Below, piece by piece: positions 36,022-45,886 of a stretch of DNA of 64,000 bases. Numbering within the stretch: the stretch's first letter is position 1; the number at the start of each line of letters is the position of its first letter. Made by a program: the position numbers and the translations under genes. The notes below the pieces were generated by a model. That model worked only from the letters and a program-made list of their open reading frames with translations. It was not told the DNA's origin and did no database searches. The DNA is taken from NCBI GenBank assembly GCA_963814195.1, contig CAWFBU010000008.1:19659-83658 (forward strand), read 5' to 3'. Source of the DNA: an uncultured Acidobacteriaceae bacterium (GTDB lineage: Bacteria > Acidobacteriota > Terriglobia > Bryobacterales > Bryobacteraceae).

Positions 36022-36627
36022 GTGTCACGAATCCTGGATGAAGTACTTCAGGCGAACGAATCGTATGCAGAAACCTTCGGGCAGTTGGCGAAGCTGGAGA
36101 TGCCTCCGTCGCGGCGCTTCGCGATTTTGACGTGTATGGATGCGCGGCTTGATCCGGCAAAGTTTGCGGGCCTGGTGGAAGGCGATGCCCACGTGATTCG
36201 AAATGCTGGCGGCCGGGCCAGTGATGATGCGATCCGCTCGCTGGTGATTTCCTACAAGCTGTTAGGCACGAAGGAATGGTTTGTGATTCACCATACGGAC
36301 TGCGGGATGTTGACGTTCACGAATGACATCATGCGTGAGTTGCTGGCGTCGAGTCTGGAGGCTGCGAGCATTGAAGGCGGGAAGTGGGTGGACACGGCGG
36401 AAGGTCCTGGATCCACGGCTGCCGAGCACGTGGACTGGCTGACAATTCAGGATCTGGAGAAGAGCGTAGTGGCCGATGTTACGCGGATTCGCACGCACCC
36501 TTTGGTTCCGAAGACGATTCCGGTCTATGGGTATATCTATGATGTGAGCAATGGACGGCTGATGGAGGTCCCTGCGGCCACTCTGGCCGGCGCTCCGGAT
36601 GCACAGAAGCGGGCGGCTAAGAATTAG
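36022..36627 (+). CDS. beta-class carbonic anhydrase-like protein
   Basis: An AAGGAG box lies 8 nt upstream of the GTG at 36022. The zinc ligand pattern is 'LTCMDARL' and 'HHTDCGM'. Confidence 0.75.
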   Translation: MSRILDEVLQANESYAETFGQLAKLEMPPSRRFAILTCMDARLDPAKFAGLVEGDAHVIRNAGGRASDDAIRSLVISYKLLGTKEWFVIHHTDCGMLTFTNDIMRELLASSLEAASIEGGKWVDTAEGPGSTAAEHVDWLTIQDLEKSVVADVTRIRTHPLVPKTIPVYGYIYDVSNGRLMEVPAATLAGAPDAQKRAAKN

Positions 36628-36770
36628 AGGTTTTGTCAGGGTTGGTTGGGATGTGGGCATTTGGGAGCGCAGACGGCGAGACCGTCTACGCCACCCAGGC
36701 CACCATCCCCTTGAATCTGCGGCTTCGGTGGCCAGAGATCATCGATTGATGTGCTTAGTCGGCGAAGTGC

Positions 36771-38360
36771 TTAGGTAACGGGTTTCTCTAGGGCGAAGGA
36801 GAAAAGCGTGTCGCCGGCGGCTACCAGGATGAACTGCTTGCCGTCGATCATGTAGGTGATCGGTCCGGCACTCGGGCTGGCGGTTAGTCCGGCGTGCCAG
36901 AGTATCTTACCAGTCACGGGATGGAAGGCGATCAGCGTGTTCCCGTTGCTGGTGAATAGAAGCTTGCCTCCAGTGGAGAGCATGGAGACGACGCCGGTGC
37001 CGCTGGGCCAATCGTGACGCCAGACGATGTTGCCGGTTTTGTAATCCATCGCCAGAAGCGCTCCGCCATCGCCGCCGACGACGCTGTCGAGACCGCCCCA
37101 ACCTTCGGGGCGCTCATCGGTGTCGGTGAGATAGAACATGCTGAAGGTGCGGCTGGAGCCTACATACAAGAGACCCGTCTGAGGGTTGAAACTGGGGGCC
37201 GGCCAGTTAGTAGCACCGCCCGAGGCTGGAGACACGAGGACGCCGTCGACGGTGGGATATTTTTCGGGCTTCGGCACGGGCTGGCCTTTCGCATTCAGGC
37301 CCTGCGCCCAGTTCACCGTGTCGATAAAAGGCTTGGTGACGAGATGCTCGCCGTTGGTGCGGTCGAGCAGAAAGTAGTAGCCGTTGCGACTTGCCTGGGC
37401 GAGTAGCTTGCGAGGCTTTCCGTCGAATACTCCATCGATGAGGACGGGCGTTTCGACCGCATCCCAATCGTGAACATCGTGGGGAGAGACCTGGTAATAC
37501 CAGGCGAGTTTGCCGGTGTCCGGGTTCAAGGCCACGATGGAGCAGGTATAAAGGTTGTCACCCTTGCGGCTTTTCTCGGCCATGACGGGATTCGGATTGC
37601 CGGTCCCGACGTAATAAAGATTCAGCTCAGGATCGTAAGTGCCGGGCATCCAGGTCTGACCGGTGCCGTGTGCGGAGGCGTATTCGTCGGGCCAGCTTTC
37701 GATACCGGGCTCGCCTTTGCGCGGAGTGGTCCACCATTTCCATTGCAAGGCACCGGTTTCCGGATCACGCGATTCCAGAAAGCCGGGATTGTCCAGGTGG
37801 TCGCCACCGATGCCGACGAGAATGTGGTTGCCGACGATGACGGGCGCGACGGTCGAGGTGTAATCGAGTTTTGGATCGGCGATTTCGACTTTCCAGCGTT
37901 CCTTACCTGTTGTGGCATCGAGACTCACAAGGTGACTATCAGGAGTTTCAAAGAACAGCCAGTTTTCGTACATGCCGACGCCGCGGTTACCGATGGTGCT
38001 GCCGGTGTTGGGCGGATATTGGTAATGCCAAAGTTCACGGCCGGTACGCACATCCGCAGCCCAAACGTTGTTGGGTGAGGAAAGATAGAGGACGTTGTTG
38101 ACCAGAAGCGGCGTGGATTTAATGGTGACGCCGGTAGCGGCGTTGGTGGTGAAGCGGGCGGCCCAAGCCAAGGACAAGGCGTTGACGTTGCCTGCGTTGA
38201 TCTGATCAAGAGGACTAAAGCGACGCCCGGAGTAATCACCGTTGTAGGTGGGCCACATACCAGGCGGCTGTTTCAGGAGCGCTTTCGGATCGAGCCCTTG
38301 CGCTGCCAACATGAAAGGAAGCAGCGCTAACAAGCAAGGAACAGTTGCTCGCAATTTCAT
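36771..38360 (-). CDS. PQQ-dependent (quinoprotein) dehydrogenase beta-propeller
   Basis: It has a signal peptide. 'WPTYNGDYSGRRFSPLDQINAGNVNALSLAW' is followed by repeated W-docking propeller blades. Confidence 0.7.
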   Translation of the reverse strand: MKLRATVPCLLALLPFMLAAQGLDPKALLKQPPGMWPTYNGDYSGRRFSPLDQINAGNVNALSLAWAARFTTNAATGVTIKSTPLLVNNVLYLSSPNNVWAADVRTGRELWHYQYPPNTGSTIGNRGVGMYENWLFFETPDSHLVSLDATTGKERWKVEIADPKLDYTSTVAPVIVGNHILVGIGGDHLDNPGFLESRDPETGALQWKWWTTPRKGEPGIESWPDEYASAHGTGQTWMPGTYDPELNLYYVGTGNPNPVMAEKSRKGDNLYTCSIVALNPDTGKLAWYYQVSPHDVHDWDAVETPVLIDGVFDGKPRKLLAQASRNGYYFLLDRTNGEHLVTKPFIDTVNWAQGLNAKGQPVPKPEKYPTVDGVLVSPASGGATNWPAPSFNPQTGLLYVGSSRTFSMFYLTDTDERPEGWGGLDSVVGGDGGALLAMDYKTGNIVWRHDWPSGTGVVSMLSTGGKLLFTSNGNTLIAFHPVTGKILWHAGLTASPSAGPITYMIDGKQFILVAAGDTLFSFALEKPVT

Positions 38361-39415
38361 TTGAGAGTCACCAGATAAGCAGTCATGTTGTGGATGTCGG
38401 CGTCGCTATATTTGCGAAGCATGTCGGTGTGCGCTCGCAGAGGATCATGCACCACTACTTTCGGAGTGTCACCGTCCCGTGAGAAGGAGTAATACTGGCC
38501 CTTGTCGTCACGCAGCGAGACCGTGAAGTCGTCGATGCGATCAAGCACTCCGGTCACCGCTTCACCGGAAACCGGTGTGACGGTCACGGTGATGGCACCG
38601 ACGACTTTCTTGGGAGCGCCGATTGACCCCTGACTGCGCCGAGTGTCGCGGGGCTGGAGCCACCGTGACTGGAGTGAGAAGGGATCGTATTTCTTGGCGA
38701 TGCCGGCCAGGTCGCCGGTGGGCGAGTGGCAGGTATTGCATTTGCCAGTGGTGTTGAAATAGATTTCGCCCTGCTTGGCATTGCCAGTTACGACGTCACC
38801 ATAGGCGTAGGTAGTGCGATGGCCGGCCGCATAGGTGCGGACGTGAAGCCAGGCGACAACGTCAGCAATTTGGGCTTCGCTCAAGCCGAGTTTGGGCATA
38901 CCTTTATCGGGCCTGCCTTCGCGAATGACGGGTCCAATGAGAATACCCTTTTCATCGTCAAGAACAAGAACGGAACGGACCAGATCGGGAGCGCCGGGAC
39001 CACCCTTGGCGGCCACGCCGTGGCAACCGGCACAATAGGTTCCGAAGACCTTGCCCCCACGCTCGACGGCGGCGGGATCTTGTTTCGAACCGGTCAGCGC
39101 GGCGGGGGTGATGGAATCCTTGCCGGCAGGAGCAGCGCGTCGGGTATCGGCAGGGGGTTCCTGAGCCCACGTTAGCGCGGGGCCGACCAGGGTACAAACG
39201 GAGTACAGAACGGCGCAGACAAGCAGGGTCCGCGGGTTCGTAATGACGGGCGCACAACAGACTCGCCCCGGCTGGCGCAATGCAGACCCAGTTTGCTGGT
39301 TCGTGCGAGCCGCCGGAGCGGGTTGTGCGCTCCTGAATATTGAGATGCTCATCGTGTTCTTGTGTCTTGTGATGCGGGAAAGGCCTAAAAGCGCTTTCCA
39401 ATGGAATTTTCGCAC
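38357..39415 (-). CDS. dihaem c-type cytochrome
   Basis: Two CxxCH motifs are present ('CAGCHG' and 'CNTCHS'). Its stop overlaps the start of the PQQ gene (ATGA at 38360-38357). The true start may be MSISIF at 39352. Confidence 0.75.
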   Translation of the reverse strand: MRKFHWKALLGLSRITRHKNTMSISIFRSAQPAPAARTNQQTGSALRQPGRVCCAPVITNPRTLLVCAVLYSVCTLVGPALTWAQEPPADTRRAAPAGKDSITPAALTGSKQDPAAVERGGKVFGTYCAGCHGVAAKGGPGAPDLVRSVLVLDDEKGILIGPVIREGRPDKGMPKLGLSEAQIADVVAWLHVRTYAAGHRTTYAYGDVVTGNAKQGEIYFNTTGKCNTCHSPTGDLAGIAKKYDPFSLQSRWLQPRDTRRSQGSIGAPKKVVGAITVTVTPVSGEAVTGVLDRIDDFTVSLRDDKGQYYSFSRDGDTPKVVVHDPLRAHTDMLRKYSDADIHNMTAYLVTLK

Positions 39416-39431
39416 TCTCTCATTTAGAGAT

Positions 39432-40925
39432 TCACATTAAAGAATTCTGCATGACGGAGAGCGGAGCGGCTTCGCCGGTCCAAATCTCAAACTGACGGGC
39501 TGCCTGTTCCAGCAGCATATCAATCCCATGAATGACGGTGCAGCCTTGGGCTTTGGCGTTTTTCAGCAGCTCGGTTTCATGGGGGTTGTACACCATATCG
39601 AGGACAATGCCGGCGGGGATCTTGTCGGGGAAGAGGGAACTGGTGAGGTCAGGAGCCATGCCGACTGGCGTGGCATGAACGAGAACGTCGTAGTGCTGGG
39701 CGACCGCATCGGCGAGCGACACGGCATCGGATCGAACCGAGCGTGCGAGCAGTTGAGCACGGCGCAGGTCGCGGCCGGTGATGGTGACGCGTGCACCGGC
39801 ATCGCAAAGAGCGAAGGCCGCAGCCCGGGCGGCGCCCCCATAACCGGCGATGAGGACGGAGGCATGTGGCAGGCGGAGATGACGCTGCAAGGGCTTCAAG
39901 ACTCCTTCGGTATCGGTGTTGGTACCGCGCCACTTACCGGCCTTTCGCCAGACGGTGTTGACTGCGCCGATTCGCTTGGCCAGCGGTTCGACCGCATCGA
40001 GATAGCGGAGAATGCGCTGCTTGTGGGGAATGGTCACGCTGAAGCCACAGACGGGCAGCGCCCCTGCCAGCTTCATCCATTCTCCAAGGTAGGAGGGCGG
40101 CACCAGGAACGGCAGATACACCGCATCTAGGCGGCGGGAATGGAAGCTGCGGTTGTGGATGAGAGGGCTCTTGGTATGGGAGACGGGGTCGGCGATGATG
40201 CCGTAAAGACGCGTCTGCGAAGTCAGCTTGTCACAGCGATAGAGGCTGCGCATGACCTTGCTGGAGAGCTGGCCGGGAGCGGTGCCAGCGAGATCCGCGG
40301 GCGCGGCATAGGTGTAGCGACAACCCATGCTGGGTCCGAGAATGCGGGTGGCGGTGCCGCCTTCGGACATACCTAATGCAATGAGCGGAAGAGTGAGTGA
40401 ACTCTCACGAATGAATTGGATGATGCGCAGGGTATCGCCGGGCTTGCGAACGGTGGTGACAACTTTGTAGCCGTCTGCCGGTATCTTCTGCAGACGGCGG
40501 CTGATGGATTGTAAAGCAGGTGTACCTACAAAATCGTGGAAAGAGAGGATGAGGGCGCAGCGTTCACGGAGAACAGCGGCTTCGGCGGCAGCAGGTTCCG
40601 CCGATTCGATCTCAAGATCCGCAGCGAAAGCGCCTGCCTCGGCCGCTGCTTTTAGGAGAATGACCTGTTGCGAGATAGGGCCTTTGAACCCACCGTGATT
40701 ATCACGATGCCGGCACGTCGCTAAGATGTGTGCGTCGGGATGCTTGTTGATGAAACTTCGGATCAGCTTTAAGCCGGACGCAGGGACATCGAGATGGTCG
40801 AGCCGGAACTCGAGGAATAGATTGCCGTCCTTGTATTCGCTTTCGGCAGACTTCGCTAATTGGTCGGTCGTCGGGAAGCCTAGCGCCACACAGATGCGAG
40901 GCAATGAGCGAGGTAGCAGCGCCAT
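39432..40925 (-). CDS. bifunctional type I 3-dehydroquinate dehydratase / shikimate dehydrogenase (AroD-AroE fusion)
   Basis: The N-terminal half 'ICVALG...LFLEFRLDHL' is DHQase-I-like. The C-terminal half is AroE-like, with 'YGIIADPVSHTKSPLIHNRSF', 'GFSVTIPHK' and 'GYGGAARAAAFAL'. Confidence 0.8.
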   Translation of the reverse strand: MALLPRSLPRICVALGFPTTDQLAKSAESEYKDGNLFLEFRLDHLDVPASGLKLIRSFINKHPDAHILATCRHRDNHGGFKGPISQQVILLKAAAEAGAFAADLEIESAEPAAAEAAVLRERCALILSFHDFVGTPALQSISRRLQKIPADGYKVVTTVRKPGDTLRIIQFIRESSLTLPLIALGMSEGGTATRILGPSMGCRYTYAAPADLAGTAPGQLSSKVMRSLYRCDKLTSQTRLYGIIADPVSHTKSPLIHNRSFHSRRLDAVYLPFLVPPSYLGEWMKLAGALPVCGFSVTIPHKQRILRYLDAVEPLAKRIGAVNTVWRKAGKWRGTNTDTEGVLKPLQRHLRLPHASVLIAGYGGAARAAAFALCDAGARVTITGRDLRRAQLLARSVRSDAVSLADAVAQHYDVLVHATPVGMAPDLTSSLFPDKIPAGIVLDMVYNPHETELLKNAKAQGCTVIHGIDMLLEQAARQFEIWTGEAAPLSVMQNSLM

Positions 40926-41005
40926 GAATCAAAGACCCGATCAGCATAGCAAGCGTAGGTTCGAGCGCTTGCTATGGCTGCGGGCTTGGCCGTCAACTGC
41001 CGAGA

Positions 41006-41758
41006 TTACTGGATGCCGCCGGCGAGGACCAGTGTCTGTCCGGTAACCCATCCAGCATCGTTCGAAGCAAAAAAGACGGCAGCGCGAGCAATCTCTTCGG
41101 GACGCCCGATGCGGTTACCGAGTGGGGTGCGTGACTCGATAGAACGACGGAAATCACTCTCTGCAAAGCCGGCCGTGTGGATACCTTCGGTTTCGATCAT
41201 GCCGGGGTTGAGCGAATTCACACGAATCTTCTTCGGTCCAAGTTCCTGGGAGAGCGATACTGTGATGGCGTCAACGGCTGCTTTAGTGGCGCTGTAGACC
41301 GAGCCTGTTGCGGTGGGGCGGACGCCTACGATGGAACTGATGTTGATGATGGAGCCGCCTTCGGGTCCCATAAATTTGACCGCTTCCTGGGTGGTGAGCA
41401 GCAGACCGAGGACGTTCAGATCAAATTGCTTGTGAAAGTGATCCGGGGTGATGTGTTCGAGCGGTGCGAACTCATAGATACCAGCGTTGTTCACAAGGAT
41501 GTCCAACTTTCCCTAGGCGGAAATCGTATCGGCAAAGAGGCGGCGGATGTCTTCAGGTTTGGAGACGTCGCTTTGTATCGCGGTTGCCTTTCCGCCGGCC
41601 TTGGTGATGCGGGCAACTACGGCGTCCGCGCCTGTTTTGCTGCTGGCGTAGTTGACAACCACCGATGCTCCCTCGGCGGCCAGATGTTCAGCGATAGAGG
41701 CACCGATTCCTTTGGAGGCACCCGTTACAACAGCCACTTTTCCCTGTAATTTGCTCAT
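41006..41758 (-). pseudogene. SDR-family oxidoreductase (FabG-like) with one in-frame TAG
   Basis: '[14 protein letters not shown]' ... 'FADTISA*GKLDILVNNAG' ... 'YSATKAAV'. The TAG at 41515-41513 sits where SDRs have [FY] before 'GKLD'. Both halves are in the same frame. Confidence 0.8.
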
Positions 41759-41830
41759 GATCTTTCCTTTCGATAGTTCGACAACTGTCTAAAGGATGTG
41801 GCGGGCTTATGGCGGGATTCAAGCTGTGAT

Positions 41831-42133
41831 TCAAATGGAGTGTAGTTCGGCCAGGTAGGCGCTCCAGATGGCTCGATTCACAGTGGCATTCAGGAATTTG
41901 CCGTTGCGGGTGATTTCGATTAAGTGAGCTGACTCGAGTTCCTTTAAGTGATGGGAGAGGGTGGGGGCTGTAATGCTACAGCCTTCGCGGAGATGTTGGC
42001 AGGACACATCAGCGTTACCGGCGATCTGGCGGAAGATTTGAAAGCGCCGGGGATCGGCGAGCACTTTGGAGATAGCTTGAATTTCACGACTGGATAAGGA
42101 ACCTACCTCAGCAACTTTCGCGTGCTCGGCCAA
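41831..42133 (-). CDS. ArsR/SmtB-family transcriptional regulator
   Basis: The ArsR-type HTH pattern is 'LADPRRFQIFRQIAGNADVSCQHLREGCSITAPTLSHHLKELESAHLI'. Confidence 0.8.
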   Translation of the reverse strand: MAEHAKVAEVGSLSSREIQAISKVLADPRRFQIFRQIAGNADVSCQHLREGCSITAPTLSHHLKELESAHLIEITRNGKFLNATVNRAIWSAYLAELHSI

Positions 42134-42214
42134 GACCTATTGTCGTATACAGGAAGAGAAAGGCTTGGCTCCAATACCTTGGTCGCTCGGAGGTAGGCCT
42201 TTCTCAAGTTTGGA

Positions 42215-45200
42215 TTAGAAAGTAAAATGAGCTGTCAGCTGCATTCTACGAGAGTTACTACTGTAGAACTGAGAGAAGTTACCGAAGAGAGGGTCGCTGG
42301 CGACCAGGTCGTTGCGAGCGGTTGTATAACTATTTGTTCCGACATCACTCGTGTAGCCACCTGTGAATTGTGAATGATTCAGAACGTTATAGGCTTGAGC
42401 GCCGATGCTGAATTGAACTCTTTCATTGAAGTTGAACTTCTTGCTGAGCGCCAAATCGATGTTGTTGGTCGGGGCTAAGGGGAAGTTATTCCGTCCGCTG
42501 TTGGCGAGCGCGCCCTGACCGGCTACGACGAATCGAGCATTCGGATTATTCGCCACGTAGGCCACGATGGAACTACTACCTGCGGCGACAGCCCGGCCGG
42601 CCGCGTTGTAACCAGTTACCCCACTCCCAACGCTGAATTGCCCGCTGGGGTTGACAATTGTTCGATCACCGGCGCTGTCGCCGTTCAAATTCGAGTCAAT
42701 ACCGCTCTGAACGGTTGCGTATTCAGGTGTCTCATATGTATACGTGCCGGAGATATTCCAGTTTCCAACCAGGTTCCTCAAAAACCAGTTGCCGTTTTTG
42801 AATGGTTGGAAGTCGTAAATAGGAGTAAATGTGAATCGATGCCGATGATCGAGAGCTGAAGAGGCCCATTCTGATTTCAGATTTTGGAAATCCTGCGCTC
42901 GGCGGGGACTCAGGTAAGTCGAAAAGTTTGTTGCGGTCGCATCGTCCAGCACATGACTCCAGGTATAAGCCGCGATAAACGAAAGGTTATTACTGAATCG
43001 TTTCGTGAGCGTATTCTGCCATCCGTTATACGTCGACGTTCCCTGGGGAGCATAGCCCACGATGTTAGATTGTGACCCGTAAACAGCCAAATCATTCGTT
43101 GGATAGGCGGCCGTACCTCCCGGCACGATATAAGTTTTGACCTGTTGCAGAGTTTTTGTTAGGGAAGCGAGAGTAGCGGCCGAAGGTAGCGTGAAGTATG
43201 TGGGAATGTAGTTTGCCGGATTAACTTTAGGGTAGATGTTCAGGCGGGTCTGATTCCACAAGTGCACGCCCCGGGTTCCGACGTATCGGGTTTCGAAAGT
43301 ATAGTCCTTGTGGAACACATGTTGAACACCGAGGTTCCAATCAAGGCCATAAGGACGCTTGTTGCTAAAAGTGTAAGAACTTACCGGACCTAAGGCAGCA
43401 GCCTGGGTCGTGGGAAGCGGGCTTGGAGTTCCAGACAGGCCACCGCGGGCCAAGAAATTAGGTGCGTTCGACGTAAGGTCTGCATCAGCGGTCTGTTGAA
43501 AATAGGGCGGAGCAGCATTCGCAGATAGATTGCCGTATACCAAATCGAAAGAGCGAGCGAACCCGCCGCGAATTGACCAAGCGCCCGAAGTTCCTGGCGA
43601 ATACGCGAAGCCCAGGCGAGGGGACCAGTCGTTCGGACTGAAGGAGGGTTTACCAATCTGAAAGACCCCCGGGACACTTGCCACCGCACTTGCTGCTTGA
43701 TAACGGGACACCACAGGCTCAGAGACATATTCGTAGCGGACACCCAGGTTAACCGTGAAGTGCGGCGTTAGCCGAATGTCGTCGTTGAAGAAGGCCTCAT
43801 TCTGCAGAAAGCCAACTGGATAACTTCCAGTGGGGGAAACGCTTCGCTCTCCAAGCACATCGGGAGTCAAGTCCTGGAGGTATTGTTGAAGTGAATTGTA
43901 CTCGTAATTACCTGTGAGTCTTTGAATGAAGTAGTTGGTGATGATCACATCGGTGAAGTGATAACCAAACTTCAAAGTATGTTTGCCCAAGACAGCGACC
44001 ATGTTGTCCTGAAACTGGGCCAAGTTCTGGATCGAGCCAGTCGGGCCGGGCGGTCCAATGGTCAGACTGTTGAGCTCATCGATCGTGATCACCGGGAAGA
44101 CTCCGCCCAAGCCTGGGAAGCTCTGTGTCGCACCAGGTGCGGAGTTCACGTTGCGGCTAAAGGACGCACGGAATTCATTCTGTAAAAGAGGGCTGAAGTT
44201 ATGAAATTCCGACACGGAGCCAAACTGATTCGTGTTTGGATAAGGCACGGAAAACACCGGGTCTTGAGCAGCTAAGGTTTTATCCTGTTTGTTGTAGATG
44301 TACCTGCCGCGGATTTGGTCCTTTTGACTCAAGTTGTAATCAATGGCGATGACGGCGTCGTAGCTTGTTTGATGAAGTGTATTCGGGAAAGACACGCTAC
44401 CGAGCGGAATACCAACACCGCTTACCGTTGCTGACGTCCCGTTCGAGGTAGCAGCTGCGGGAAGATAAGTCTGTAACTGGCTCAGGTTAGTCTTGCTCAA
44501 GCCGGGGATGCTATTAAGCAAGGAGTAGCCAGCAGCGGTCGGAGCGACCAGCGGGGTGCCACTCAAATTCGTGTACGAATACGGATCATACTCGAAGTTG
44601 CCAAAGTAGAACAGCTTGTCTTTGATGATTGGTCCACCAATGGTGGCCCCGAGGCGATTGTTGTCAAACCGTGGGTTTGATCGATAACCAGAAACGACAG
44701 CGTTCGCGTCCACTGCATTCAAGTTGCGATTCTGGAAGTACTCGTAGATTGAGCCGTGAACAGCGTTCCCGCCACTTTTGACAACCGCATTGAAAATACC
44801 GCCGGATCCGCCTCCAAACTCCGGGCTAAATTGATTCTGAAGGAGAGAGATCTCCGCAACAGACTCATTGGAGGTGTACACGAGCGGACCGGTGTTGAAG
44901 GTATCGTTATTGTTGACGCCGTCCAGGGTGAAGGAGTTATTCTCCGGACGCTGACCGGAAATGGAAGGTCCAGTACCCTGGCCCACGCCGCCCTGCGAAG
45001 TCACACCTGCGCCGATCAGACTCAGGTTCCAGATGCCCGCTCCTCCGCTGAGAGCGGCGCTGGGAAGGGTCTGTATCTGTTGTGCCTCGAACGTGGTCTG
45101 CAGTTGCGCGGTGGTGGTATCGATGACAGCTCCCGCAGAGCTGACCTCCACAGTCGTTGCAGTGGAGCCAAGTTCCAATGTGAGATTTGCCGTAACTACA

Positions 45201-45511
45201 CTGCTCAAAGAGACGCTCACACCGCGCAGGGTCGCATTGGAGAAGCCCTTAGCTACGGCTGCGATCGTGTAGCTGCCAACTGGCAGGTTCGGCAAACGAT
45301 ACGAGCCTTCTGAATTAACAGTAGCGGTGGTTTTCACGCCCGTGGCTTCGTTCGTACCTGTGACGGAGGCTGCAGGCACGGCCGCGCCGGTCTGGTCAGT
45401 AACAATGCCCGTGATATCGCCGCTGACGGCTTGGCCGTAAGCGATTGTTGAGCTTAGTGAAAAAGCTACAGATAGGATGAAAATTATAAATCGTCTTGTA
45501 GAACGAGACAT
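42215..45511 (-). CDS. TonB-dependent receptor with an N-terminal carboxypeptidase-regulatory-like domain
   Basis: An AGGAG box precedes the ATG at 45511. It has the signal peptide MSRSTRRFIIFILSVAFSLSSTIAYGQ and the N-terminal segment 'GIVTDQTGAAVPAASVTGTNEATG...GSYRLPNLPVGSYTIAAVAKGF'. The C-terminus is 'RRMQLTAHFTF*'. Confidence 0.85.
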   Translation of the reverse strand: MSRSTRRFIIFILSVAFSLSSTIAYGQAVSGDITGIVTDQTGAAVPAASVTGTNEATGVKTTATVNSEGSYRLPNLPVGSYTIAAVAKGFSNATLRGVSVSLSSVVTANLTLELGSTATTVEVSSAGAVIDTTTAQLQTTFEAQQIQTLPSAALSGGAGIWNLSLIGAGVTSQGGVGQGTGPSISGQRPENNSFTLDGVNNNDTFNTGPLVYTSNESVAEISLLQNQFSPEFGGGSGGIFNAVVKSGGNAVHGSIYEYFQNRNLNAVDANAVVSGYRSNPRFDNNRLGATIGGPIIKDKLFYFGNFEYDPYSYTNLSGTPLVAPTAAGYSLLNSIPGLSKTNLSQLQTYLPAAATSNGTSATVSGVGIPLGSVSFPNTLHQTSYDAVIAIDYNLSQKDQIRGRYIYNKQDKTLAAQDPVFSVPYPNTNQFGSVSEFHNFSPLLQNEFRASFSRNVNSAPGATQSFPGLGGVFPVITIDELNSLTIGPPGPTGSIQNLAQFQDNMVAVLGKHTLKFGYHFTDVIITNYFIQRLTGNYEYNSLQQYLQDLTPDVLGERSVSPTGSYPVGFLQNEAFFNDDIRLTPHFTVNLGVRYEYVSEPVVSRYQAASAVASVPGVFQIGKPSFSPNDWSPRLGFAYSPGTSGAWSIRGGFARSFDLVYGNLSANAAPPYFQQTADADLTSNAPNFLARGGLSGTPSPLPTTQAAALGPVSSYTFSNKRPYGLDWNLGVQHVFHKDYTFETRYVGTRGVHLWNQTRLNIYPKVNPANYIPTYFTLPSAATLASLTKTLQQVKTYIVPGGTAAYPTNDLAVYGSQSNIVGYAPQGTSTYNGWQNTLTKRFSNNLSFIAAYTWSHVLDDATATNFSTYLSPRRAQDFQNLKSEWASSALDHRHRFTFTPIYDFQPFKNGNWFLRNLVGNWNISGTYTYETPEYATVQSGIDSNLNGDSAGDRTIVNPSGQFSVGSGVTGYNAAGRAVAAGSSSIVAYVANNPNARFVVAGQGALANSGRNNFPLAPTNNIDLALSKKFNFNERVQFSIGAQAYNVLNHSQFTGGYTSDVGTNSYTTARNDLVASDPLFGNFSQFYSSNSRRMQLTAHFTF

Positions 45512-45700
45512 GGCTCTCCTGAGGCAAAAAAGGTTCTCTTTGTCCGTAGGTGGTTCATCCGGTCCAAAGACACGGATCAACAAAGGGACGGATCAACGGA
45601 GATCAATACTGCGGTTACGGTTTAAGCTTGCAACGCTCGTCGAGGAGAAATACTAGCGCTACATGCACAAGACAGACCAGGGTTTGTTTAGCAGCGATGA

Positions 45701-45720
45701 CTAACCAGTTAACTTGTTAG
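45701..45720. promoter_or_regulatory. 18/20 palindrome CTAACcAGTTAACTtGTTAG in the divergent receptor/GH32 promoter region
   Basis: Read directly from the sequence. The half-site-like 'ACTT..GTTAG' recurs at about 45774-45783 and 45804-45814. Confidence 0.35.
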
Positions 45721-45745
45721 TCCGAACTATAACATCGTTCCATTA

Positions 45746-45774
45746 TCGCGACAATCCCAATTTCGCGACAATCC
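45746..45774. repeat. direct repeat TCGCGACAATCC x2 (period 17)
   Basis: Exact 12-mers lie at 45746-45757 and 45763-45774, between the divergent receptor and GH32 genes. Confidence 0.8.
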
Positions 45775-45886
45775 TTAAGTTAGTACCAGAAGGTATCGTG
45801 CGGAACTTAGTTAGACTTTCGGCGCGGCAGGACCCGAGACCCACGGAACCTGGGCGGCGAAGGATCCCGCATACAATCAAGTTGCT

